A stretch of DNA of 64,000 nt from Basidiobolus meristosporus CBS 931.73 (taxonomy: Eukaryota > Fungi > Basidiobolomycota), in contig MCFE01000069.1 of NCBI GenBank assembly GCA_002104905.1, forward strand, positions 62,001-126,000, in the 5' to 3' direction. The notes beneath the pieces were generated by a model that saw only the letters and a program-made list of their open reading frames with translations, did not search any database and had not been told where the DNA came from. The stretch's first letter is position 1. Every line of letters begins with the position of its first letter. Below, in pieces: positions 40,689-51,190 of this stretch. A program made the position numbers and the translations under genes.

Positions 40689-40736
40689 CTTGAGGGTGGT
40701 TTCTTCTTTCTTCAGGAGGGAGGTTTCTGGTTATCG

Positions 40737-40745
40737 CTGCTACCA
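40737..40745 (-). promoter_or_regulatory. tRNA primer-binding site TGGTAGCAG (initiator-Met-like)
   Basis: One nt inside the 5' LTR boundary and starts with TGG (complement of tRNA CCA). Same motif at 25749-25757. The tRNA identity is inferred from known iMet 3' ends. Confidence 0.75.
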
Positions 40746-42131
40746 ATGTTACAAGTCTTGGTATAAGAGTTGTAGAGGAATAGGGAGTTTAGCTAGTATT
40801 GTATTCACTAAAACTTGAACTGATTTTTATTGAGGTTCCAGCAGCTCCTTATATACATTTTGCCAGATCAATTGCTGACTAATTGTATTTCCTAATGTAG
40901 GTTGTGGCTGATGACTCATTTGATTGCATCATCATCACCCAATAAGATCCTACTTAATATATCTATTTCTGTCTGATAAGGATCTGCTGATTCATTTGCT
41001 GACTAATGCTACTGATTTCATAGATAATACTGATGTACTGATAACCTAAACATATACTAACTGATTTGACTAAAAACTGATCTAACTTAAACATTCAAAC
41101 GGCAGATCATAACAAAGGCGTGCTGGCGCGATGTGGACAATGCTGCTTGCGGTCTGTATTCTTCCTCCTGAAGCTCACCATCTGATTCCTCAAGGTATTC
41201 ACTTACCCTCTGTCTGATACTTTGGAGCTGTTGCCTGGATGAGTCCTGTGTATATTGCTCTTGGAAGCCACTTAGTTCTACTAATATATCACGTAGTACA
41301 TTAGTCATTTGAGGCAAAAACTCATTCAAAATCTCTTTGGTTCCCAAAGTTGAGGCACAAACGGACGCGTCCGGCCTGTACTGTGCAAATTGCGCACGAA
41401 ATTGTTCCCGCGCGGCTTCTTTGTCAAATCCCCTCACTCTCAGCTCATTCTTGACTTCAATACTTGTCTTGTTATATATCTTTTAACATACATTGGCTGG
41501 CATTTGATGTAGAACTCATGCCACAGCTTTCTACTCAAATTCTTCCATCTTTTTCGGCTCTCTGAGGTATCTAGTTCTGCTAGATTAGTCAGTAGTGCCC
41601 AAGTATCTGTATGAAGGCTCATCATAGACACTTGGGCCATACTAAAATCATTTGGCGAGAACTTGAACGGATCCAACATAGACTTCTCCGGTCCGGACTG
41701 CGCTTGTGAGCTGGGGGATAGGTTTTGTCTGGGTTGTACTAAAGATGAGTTGAGGCTTGGTATGGGGACCATAGCAATGGATTTGGATACTTATACAGCA
41801 GTATATTGGCATCAACCTGGTCTTATATGAAATATATATGAAAACTAATGTGATTGTTGAATTTTCCATATATTATGCATGATGCATCTCAGATTGCGTT
41901 GACATGGATCAGATCACATCAATTGCAGATTTCCTATTTGATAATGGACCTATGATTAAAGCATCAATAAAAGTACCAAGGCATTGTTTGCGGATGATTT
42001 TTGCAACATAATGATGGGATACATGGCAATTGATGGAGATTTAACCATAATGTGTTAAAAATCTGATAAATAACGCAGATTGCGCTGAATCGATTCAAAC
42101 CACCTCCATACAATCATCCATCAATTTTAAT

Positions 42132-43016
42132 ATGACTTACTCATATGAATGGTCTTTTCTCATCAATCCCATCACTACCACTGGATTTCCTTTTGACACA
42201 CTGGAGGAGATCTATACCAAGTACTGTGGACCGTCAACCCCAATCTACTCAAGGAGATCCCTTGTTAAGCTTCTCTGCTATTACAAGAACTATTGCCCTA
42301 CAAGGTTTCATCCCACCATCCATGGCAACAAAAGTCCTAGAAGCTTTCATTCCCAGCTGACAGCAATGGAGAACCACCTTGCAGAGGGTATGAATGACTT
42401 AGAGCAAGCTTGGAATACTAGGTTCAGAAGCTCCAATAGACTTCCATATCCCAGAGTGTTCAGCAACAGGTACCATATCAGGAGTATTTTGGATACCTTC
42501 CCAGTGAGGATTAAAAGACCTTCTAGAGGGCAGAGGCACTTTTATTCTGGCAAGTACAAGGCACACTGTGTGAAGTTTCAAGCACTGTCTGACATTGAGG
42601 GTAACATCATCTGGTTTAGTGGGCCATTTGCTGGAAGTAGGCATGACAAAGCACTCTGGGTAGCAAATCATCCTGAATTCAGTAGAGGGGAGAAATGTAT
42701 GGCAGACTTAGCCTATATAGGAGAGGATTGTCAGAGATTAGGATGTATTACAGCTTATAGGAAGCCAAGGAATGGTGTGCTTAGCAGGAAGCAGAAGCTC
42801 TACAATGAGATATTTAATCATTTCAGAGTAAGGGTAGAGCACACATTTGGATATCTGAAGAGATTCAGCATATTGGCAGGTAAATACAGAGGAAAGTCAT
42901 ATACAGGTGAAAACAGCAGAATAGGTAAAATTGTTAAGATACTTATTAATGCACAGTTTGTTCATACAAGTAGACATCCACTGAGAGAAATGTGTCTGGA
43001 GCGTTATGAAGAGTAA
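42132..43016 (+). CDS. Intact 294-aa PHIS/Harbinger-type DDE transposase (DDE_Tnp_4-like)
   Basis: ILDTFP (D), YSGKYKAHCVKFQ..GS.HD, MADLAY (D), RVRVEHTFGYLK (E). Confidence 0.92.
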   Translation: MTYSYEWSFLINPITTTGFPFDTLEEIYTKYCGPSTPIYSRRSLVKLLCYYKNYCPTRFHPTIHGNKSPRSFHSQLTAMENHLAEGMNDLEQAWNTRFRSSNRLPYPRVFSNRYHIRSILDTFPVRIKRPSRGQRHFYSGKYKAHCVKFQALSDIEGNIIWFSGPFAGSRHDKALWVANHPEFSRGEKCMADLAYIGEDCQRLGCITAYRKPRNGVLSRKQKLYNEIFNHFRVRVEHTFGYLKRFSILAGKYRGKSYTGENSRIGKIVKILINAQFVHTSRHPLREMCLERYEE

Positions 43017-44274
43017 ATAAAGCAAAGAAAGCACTATTCTGAGCAACATAAGTAAGATTGAGTAAAATTACCAGTAACTGTATCATACCACTGGCAGCAT
43101 GGTAGAAATTATAGTCCCAGATAGTGCCGTAGAGTGCTAGATCAATCCGACACTATAAACAGGCTGGCACTATGTGGCACTATCCAACAGAACAAGTCTA
43201 TTTAATCATTTCAGAGTGAGGGTAGAACACACATTTGGATATCTGAACAGATTCAGCATATAGGCAGGTAAATACAGAGGAAAGTCATATCTAGGAGAAA
43301 GCAGCAGAATAGGTAAAATAGTTAAGATACCTATCAATGCACCGTATGTTCATACAAGAAGACATCCACTGAGAGAAATGTGTCTGGAGCATTATGAAGA
43401 GTAAATAAAGCAAGGAAAGCACTATTATGAGCAACATAAGTATGATTTAGTAAAATTACCAGTAACTTTATCATACCACTGGCATCATGGTAGAGATTAT
43501 AGTGCCAGTTAGTGCTGTAGGGTGCCAGATCAATCTGGCACTGTAAACAGGCTGGCACTATGTGGCACTATCCAACAGAACAAGTCTAATAACCTCTGTG
43601 TCTAAACTGCTGGTGTCTTTGTCAATATGTCACTATGGTAAAAGCTCCTGCTTCTCTAGTTTCCTAGGTGCTCTAAATATCTCCAAAGGCCTCTGTGTGT
43701 CTTGCCTTATGTAGATACATATACTGATCACAAAGCTGAATAACATCTAGGATAACAAAACTAATAACTAATCAGGGTAAACATCATATGGGGATAATGC
43801 TGATAATATGGGCAAAAGAAGAATTGGATAATACTGATAAGATAAAATATGGATAAGTATATCATAATGACTATATGAACAAACTTGTCTGTGGGAGGTA
43901 TGTTTACCCTACCACAGCATGCTAGCTATGATACCTTGTCCAATCACTGGGATCAGGGATTTACTTGCTTAATGGGCAGAATGGGATATTTGATGGCAAA
44001 TCAGGTAGCTTGTGTATTGGTCAAAGAGCCAATTGGGGGCTGAAATCTTCAGGATACTTTTGGACCAATTAACCACTGAGGTACCATCCAATTGGAGTGA
44101 TGGTAGCCAAAATGGTAAGTATTAGTGTAGTTTATAGTGTGATACACATTTATTTCTGTGTATTTTAAAAACATATCCAAATACTGGATTTTACCTACTA
44201 TAATAGCGGTATCCAATCACACACATGATGCACAAATTGCAAGTGGGCTCCCAGCTGAATTATACTTCCCTGTA

Positions 44275-45960
44275 ACATTAGCAGCAGAAATCTATGTATT
44301 CAGTTTTACTTTTGTACTGTAGCCACTCATATCCTGCTACAAATTCCTTGCACAAAAGCTACAGATGTGTCAAGTTGGTGTTGGTGATCTGCTTCTGGAT
44401 AAATACTCCTACTATATCCACATTTGACTCCCAATGCTTCTAGTGTACTCTTGGTAGGAATTGCTTCAGAAGGCCACTTGAATAAATACATATCCAGCTC
44501 ATATAGTCCTGCCACTTGAATTGCCGCATGTCAGTATGAATGTTAATTGAAGCCCATGAGAAGTACTTAGGGTAGCCAATACTCTTTAATAACTTGCCAA
44601 TTCTTTCAAATTTCTCAGGTATTTCAAAGAGCTCATTTGACTTGGAATGCCCCATAAACAACTTGGTTGTCAGTATAGGGATATTGTTGAAGAGCAAATG
44701 CATTGCTCCCTGTGGGTAGCTTTTGCATCACCAGATATCCTTTATCTTAGGTATCTCTGGTTTCCAATCAGTTCCTTATTCAGAGCAGTGGCTTATAGCT
44801 TGCTAAATTTGCTGCAATTGCATGCTGACTTCCACACATTCTCTCTGTGGGAGGATCACATTCTTAGTGCTGGTGTTTAGGTATACATAATGTGTCTTTT
44901 CTGAGGGATGATGATGTCCTTAGTACCTGTGTTTGGGTAATACTGATGTGAGTGAGCTATGGAGTAAGTCCCATGGACCTCTCACATTCATCAGCAGTAC
45001 CATCTATTATGCCCAGAAAAGCCAGCTATCAGCAAGATAGCTGGGGCATCTCCAATGCAGATGATAATATGTGTCTTGACATGATGGCCATTTAGCATTA
45101 TCCTGCCAGAAAGAATACAAAATGCATCCAGCAATGGATACAGGTAGCTATCCAGGTTGGACAGTGATTTAGGCCCAGATACCAGTGAGACTGCATTCTA
45201 TGTCTGCACTGATACCATAAGATAGGCAGCAGACTCAGGTTGATGAGAATCTGTGGCCAGCAGGATATGCAGGAAGTGTACTTGTTTAATGAGAATCCAT
45301 CAAGTGCCAAGGCAAAGGCATGGTCATACATACCTTCAATGTTGCCCTTGCTTCTTAGCTGTTTTTACTGTTTACCATCAAATATATTGGATATGATTGC
45401 ACTTAATTGATACTGAGTGTGGTACTTTATAGTTTCATAATACTTGTTAGATGGCATGAGCTTCTTTAGACAGGGTATCACTGGAACACTTCTGGAGTTT
45501 GAGCAATGTTTTCCCGCAATGGTGGTGGATTTATGACAAGTTGGACACCTTGCAATGGTGGCATTTACTGATGTGAATGCCATGCAGCTATTAACACATG
45601 CTGGTATCAGGATGGTTTTGGGTTGAATGTTGCCAGCCACATAACATTTGTCCATTTATACCATGTACATAGTAGGTTGCATCCTGAGATGATTCTGGCA
45701 AGAGGTAGTGGTAGATCTTCAAAGCCCCCATTACTGATATTTGTGCAAATATTCTACTTCCCAAGCCATAATATCACATCATTCACCGGTACACATATTA
45801 CAGGGCTTGCTTGACTCCATAAAGTATCCTTGGAATTCCTTTCCATGGGTGTTTTCTCGTTAAATATGGGATTTTGCCAGGCTCATGCAGGGTACTATTG
45901 TAAGAAGAGATTGGCTCACAGTCCATCAGAGAGCCTGTTTCTACAGAGCTATCACTCTGT
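44275..45960 (-). pseudogene. Decayed CACTA Tnp2-like transposase, copy 3
   Basis: ACVNSCMAF..CPTC; YDHAFALALDGFSLNKYTSCISCWPQILINL; collinear with 3880-5480. Confidence 0.8.
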
Positions 45961-46001
45961 GTGCCAAATTCAAAAGGCTGAGGTGAGCTCAAAGGTGTCA
46001 C

Positions 46002-49000
46002 TGTCATGACCACATGACAACCATGAACACCCATGCCAAGTTTCAGCTTCCTAGCTCAATTTCTAAGAGATTCCTTCTGGAACCTTCAACCACCTTCCAG
46101 AAAGTTCCTGACTATTCCAAACCATTGTTACACAATGGAACATTCCATGGATGCTTCCCATTGTATTTTTCATAGTCCAGTATCATATATGGAAATACCA
46201 GGTCACATGACTTAGTCACATGATCTGGTTACCCAATCCATTTCCCCACCCTGTCTCAGTGCCTTGCCTTCAATATTATTATCCCCAGCACTGCTGCTGT
46301 GCCTCACCCCACAACCCCATTAGTATTAGCTAATATCTCTTGGCATCAGTATAGCCAAAAAGTATATATAGTCCTATCCCCCCTTAAGTACTCCTCAGTC
46401 TGATAAACACAGGTCTTGAATAAACAGCCTTGCCTTGAATCCTGCCTTGCCTTGATGGTCCACACCTAAGTCCTTTCCTGCCATGCCCAGCTTTTCCAGA
46501 ACCAAAGTGTCCAGCAAACTAGCCATGTCCCAGTCTACCAAGAATCCAAGTATACTCCTGCTACCAAGTTCAATGCCTCTCAGAGTGAGTTCTGTGGCTT
46601 CATCAACATGGTGAAGAACAATCTTGCACTCCAGCCTAACCAGTATGGCACTGACCAGGCCAAAGTTGGCTTCATCTCCAACCTACTTACTGGTACAGTT
46701 CTCAAGTGGTTCTCCCCATCAGTGGAGACCAACTCTCCCCTACTCAGAGACTACCAAGCCTGTCTCACTGAAATGGAGCTAACATTTGGTAACCTTGACC
46801 AAACCTTAACTGCTAACAAGATCAAGACCCTCAAACAAGGGAATAAACCAACTCCAGTCTATGCCTCAGAATTCCAACAACTCTCCAGTGACCTCAGCTC
46901 CTGGGGTCAAGCAGCCTTGATTAGCCAATTCCAAGATGGCCTCAATGATGAAGTTTGTGATCTGCTACTCACACTCCCAGATCCAGATACATTGGTTGAA
47001 GCTTTGCACCAAGCAATCTGGTGCAATAACAGACTATTCCAGAAGAAGAAAAAGAACCGTCAAAGACACATTCCTGTTGCAGTCTCAGCCCCTCCTGCTC
47101 CCAAAGTCACTCCAGAAGATCCTGTGCAGATTGATAGTGCCAAATACAGGAAACTATCAATGAGTGAAAAGTCTAGATGTCAACAAGCCAACCTCTGTCT
47201 ATACTGTGGCCAACCAGGTCACTTTGCCAAGTCCTGCCCCAACAAGAAGTCCAGCTTCAAGCTGATGCAGTCCTCCAGTAACCAACCTGATTCAGATCTG
47301 TTGATGGTCACTTTGAGTACAAAGTAATGCCATTTGGCCTCACCAATGCCCCTGCTGTGTTTCAGCACCTCATGAATGACATATTCTGTGAGTACCTTGA
47401 CCAGTTTGTGGTAATCTACCTTGATGATTATCTCACATACTCCAAGAGCCAAGATGAACATGATGAACATGTCAAGAAAGTATTGAGAAAACTAGACTCT
47501 GCTGGTCTCTATGCCAAGCTAGCAAAGTGTGAATCTGACCAGAGAGAAGTGGAATTTCTTGGTTACCTCATCAGCCTTGAGGGAACAAGAATGGACCCAA
47601 AGAAAGTTGACTCAGTTCAATCCTGGAAAACTCCAAGCTCAGTCAAGGAAGTACAATCCTTCCTGGGATTTGCCAACTTCTATCACAGGTTCATAGCCAA
47701 CTTCTCCAAGATAGTCACCCCTCTGACAAAGCTTACCCAGAAGAACACACCTTTTGCCTGGAATGAGGAGCAATCCACCTCATACAACCAACTCAAGAAA
47801 TCTTTCCTGAAGGCCCCCCTGCTTGCCCACCCTGACCTTGAGAAGCAATTCATAGTGGAGACTGATGCTTCTGATTTTGCCCTAGGTGCCATACTCTCCC
47901 AGTATGATGAAGACAATGTGTTGCTCCCCATTGCATTCTACTCTTGAAAGTTTTCCCCTGCAGAGATCAACTATGATGTCTATGATAAGGAGTTGCTTGC
48001 CATCATTGTAGCCTTTGAGCAATGGAGACACTACCTGGATGATGCAAAGCACAAAATCAAAGTCTTTGGTGACCATAAGAACCTCAAGTACTTTGCAACT
48101 TCCAAAGTAGTAAACCAGAGACAAGCCAAATGGTCACTCTTCCTGTCCAGCTTTGACTTTACTATCACCTATAGACCTGGTGCAAAGCAAGGAAAGCCTG
48201 ATGCCCTGTCCAGAGAAAAGGAATACGCCCTGGAAGAGGGAGATGATGCCTGTTGGCAAATGGAACACCCATTGCTGAGCCAGGAACATCTTGAGATTCT
48301 TGCCACCCAGTCCTCAAGTCTTCTCATCCCTTCATTCCTAGTAAGGATATCAGAGTCCCAAGCCTCTGATATGACTTCCAGCACCGTCAAGAAGTATCTG
48401 GAATCCCCAGTTGGGCCCCCTCCCAAGTTCCCAAACATCCAGAACCTGCATTTGGTAAACAACCTCATCTACCACAAACAGCAGCTTTATGTCCCAGGCC
48501 TTGCCACCCAGCTAGACATCATTAAGTGTTGGCATGATTCAGTGGCTGTGGACCACTTTAGTACTGCCAAAACCTTGAATGCTATCAAAAGAGATTTCTG
48601 GTGGCCTAGAATGATAACTCTTATCAAAGAGTACATTCTGGCTTGTGATATTTGCAACCATGCAAAACCAGCCAGACACCAGCCCTATGGACTTCTTCAG
48701 CCCTTGCCTATCCCAGAACACCAATGCAGATCTATATCTGTGGACTTCATCACTGACCCCTCTGAGTCCTGTGGCTTCAATGCTATACTTGTAGTGGCTG
48801 ACTGGTTGACCAAGATGGCTCACTTTATCCCTTGCTGTAAGAACACTGATGCAAAAGAAACCGCTGCGTTAGTCCTCACAAATATTTTTTGCCTTCACAG
48901 TATCCCCAGTGATATTGTATCAGATAGAGGCCTACAGTTTGTGTCCAAGTTTTGGAAACACTTCATGCAATACCTTAGTGTTCTAGTCAAACTCTCTACT

Positions 49001-49401
49001 GCCTACCATCCTCAATCTGATGGTCAGACTGAAAGAATCAACCAGATTCTAGAGCAATACCTCCAGTGCTATATCAGTTACCAGCAAGACTTAGTCACAC
49101 AATCAGGTGACCTAATCCATTTCCCCATCCTGTCTCAGTGCCTTGCCTTCAAAATTATTATCCCCAGCACTGCTGCTGTGCCTCACCCCACAACCCCATT
49201 AGTATTAGCTAATATCTCTTGGCATCAGTATAGCCAAAAAGTATATATAGTCCTATCCCCCCTTAAGTACTCCTCAGTCTGATAAACACAGGTCTTGAAT
49301 AAACAGCCTTGCCTTGAATCCTGCCTTGCCTTGATGGTCCACACCTAAGTCCTTTCCTGCCATGCCCAGCTTTTCCTCCTGCCTTGTGTCTATTCATAAC
49401 A
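46002..49401 (+). mobile_element. Chromovirus (family 2) copy with three large internal deletions
   Basis: Outer LTR termini TGTCATG..ATAACA intact with 5-bp TSD GTCAC. Junctions at about 46497, 47303 and 49090. Remaining gag (46608-47327), RT/RH (47327-47947) and RH/IN (47993-49090). Confidence 0.92.
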
Positions 49402-49746
49402 GTCACAAACTCACCTGACTCAGTTTGTGCAAGGTGACAAAGACAGCCAGCTGAGGCTTGCTACAATAGCCATATGGTCTTTTTTCTCTTCTTTTATGGC
49501 ATGGAGTCAAAGTAGTCTTGTCCATGGTTCAAACAGTTTGACACTCAGCAATGTAATGCTATTATACTATTTTCTGTTAATTTTCCTAAAAATATTAGAC
49601 AGTCATGTATTTGAGACATTGCACCTATGCAAATGTAAGGTTCAATGATGACCCACAGCAGTCAGCATTATAAATAAGGTTGTGGTACCACATACACATG
49701 TATATGTGACACCATTGCCCCTTTGGTTTGACTAACTTCCAGGCAT

Positions 49747-51190
49747 ATGTTGCCAAAAAATAAAGGAAAGTTTACTGGTTCCCAATCAAACACCACTGCT
49801 GAAAGCAGCAGAAGAATGATTGAACAATGGCTTGCTTTGACATTCAGTGCAACAAGCAGAGCTATATTAAAAAAAAGCCCTGTGGACAGTGTGCCCATTA
49901 AAGGTAATAATGCGGACTTCTTAGGCTCTCAGTCTAGTAGGCAATTGGGAACCTTGGAGGAGCCTCAAGCTGACCATTATGCTGAGGCAGATGCACATGT
50001 AGCAAATACAGTACCCTCAGTTGAAGACCAGCAAGTGGCCATGATAACATCACCACCACCATATTAGCAAGTATGCTGTTAGCTCATACCAAAGCATTAA
50101 TGGAGCAATTAGGTGAAGTGGCTGATAGGATAGATGTAATGGCCCACAGAAATCAGCAATAGTCCAGAAACAGGATGAGTGGATAATACATGTAGAGCAA
50201 TCAATATCCCAGCTAGTGAATGCAGTATCTTTGCTGCAAAGAGGGAACTCAAGTAGCTCAATTTCACAGCCAATAATTGAGCTGTTTCCCAATGTAACAG
50301 CAGAGGAACACTGTACAGTCTTTGAAGCACAACAACAGTGCCCAAAGATAAAGCCCACAGAGAAACATATCACCAAGTGGAAGGGAGACAATGTGGTGTT
50401 TATTCCAAAGCCTAAAAATCAAAAGACATTGAAGATCCATGAGGCTGTTGAGTGCAATAATGAAGAGTGGGGTAATATACAAGAGGCTGTCAGAAGTCTA
50501 GCATGCCATCACCTTAAGGCCAGCATACCATGGGACCATCAGGGACTCCAGGCTAAGCAGAATGCACTTGACTTGTTTCATGAGCATTACCCTGAATTCA
50601 AACAGGTAAACAGATTTTGGGTCCACATTGGTATGCTAAGAATGTATCTTAAGAATAGCAGAAACTATTGAAGGCAGACAAACAAGGGTGCCATGGCTAA
50701 AAACCAGCAGCTTCCTCAAGAGCCTGTTGCAAGCAGGGCCAATAGCTCTAGACAAGCGTTGAAGAGATGTCAGGTAGCTGGAAGAGTGCCAATTGGGGAC
50801 AAAGTATTGCAAGAATAGCAGAAACTGTCAAAGGCAGAAGAACAATAGTGCAATGGCTAAAATCTAGTGGCCTCCTCAAGAGCCTATAGCAGGTAGAGCC
50901 AAAAGCTCTAAATAAGCATTAAAGAGATATTAGATAGCTGGAAGTGTGCCAATAAGAGAAAAGCAGGCCTACACAGATGCACAAGCACAACATTTATTAG
51001 GGAAAGATGTAGTTTCACTCCAGAAGCACTCAGTCAAAGTAGCAGTGAAGAACCTGGCTGTGATAAATACCAGAAGCTACCTCAGGAGCCCATCACAGCA
51101 TGAAATGTCATGTTGCCCACAGAGTGCCAGCAAGGGACAAGCCGGCCAAAGCAAGTACATCAGTGCAATATTTATCAAGGAGAAAGTGTA
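49747..51190 (+). pseudogene. CACTA accessory gene, copy 3, with an internal tandem duplication
   Basis: MLPKNKGKFTGSQ..; EEWGNIQEAVRSLACHHLKASIPWDHQ..RFWVHIGMLRMYLKNSRNY. About 50650-50790 is repeated at about 50810-50950. Confidence 0.65.

Larger units (their letters stand above)
36177..41114 (-). mobile_element. Ty3/Gypsy LTR retrotransposon, family 1, copy 2 (4,938 bp, very recent)
   Basis: LTRs 36177-36544 and 40747-41114 appear identical. 4-bp TSD AAGG; a paralogous empty site lies at about 32990-33005. PBS 40737-40745, PPT 36545-36553. Confidence 0.98.
35569..41772 (-). pseudogene. Second (accessory, possibly Myb/SANT-like) gene of copy B; 410 aa when rebuilt; disrupted by the Ty3 insertion
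   Basis: Segments 41772-41492, 41462-41115 and 36172-35569 total 1,233 nt in one open frame after removing a GT-AG 29-nt intron and the Ty3 plus one TSD. RKRWKNLSRKLW weakly resembles a Myb/trihelix helix 3. Confidence 0.65.
34826..43199 (+). mobile_element. PHIS/Pangu-like DNA transposon copy B (3,432 bp without the Ty3 insert)
   Basis: TIRs AGACTTATTCCATTG and CAACAGAACAAGTCT. TSD ATT at 34823-34825 and 43200-43202, confirmed against the uninterrupted transposase sequence. Confidence 0.92.
34144..43405 (+). pseudogene. DDE_Tnp_4-type transposase of copy A', frameshifted and split by copy B (34144-34825 plus 43203-43405)
   Basis: Near-identical to 42132-43016. The flanks ..AATGAGAT-ATT and ATT-TAATCATTTC.. 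rejoin to the intact coding sequence. Confidence 0.9.
30030..43587 (+). mobile_element. PHIS/Pangu-like composite A/A': truncated copy A (30030-31665) plus copy A' (31666-43587)
   Basis: Left TIRs AGACTTGATCC (30030) and AGACTTGTTCC (31666); right TIR GAACAAGTCT ending 43587. Outer TSD AAT at 30027-30029 and 43588-43590. Confidence 0.75.
29837..44245 (-). mobile_element. PHIS/Pangu-like relic C (pieces about 29837-30029 and 43591-44245) hosting the whole nested stack
   Basis: Both pieces are collinear reverse-complement matches to the element's internal left region (30226-30660). Part of the intervening sequence has no match, so the join is inferred. Confidence 0.5.

Noticed and set aside
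22312-40746. Conserved short antisense or alternate-frame ORFs duplicated between the two Ty3 copies (e.g. 24532-24888 and 39520-39876)
   Set aside because: Their conservation follows from the near-identity of the parent elements; many start at TTG/GTG and have no independent motif.
41468-41491. Alternative 24-nt intron using the first AG
   Set aside because: It keeps the frame that stops at 41440; only the 29-nt version opens the downstream frame.
42425-42450. AAT-AGACTT inside the transposase gene resembling a TIR start
   Set aside because: Only 6 nt match, and the sequence is ordinary coding sequence in all copies.
43085-43587. CRISPR-like or regularly spaced repeat array
   Set aside because: The short repeats are transposon subterminal motifs with irregular spacing and orientation; the context is eukaryotic with no cas genes.
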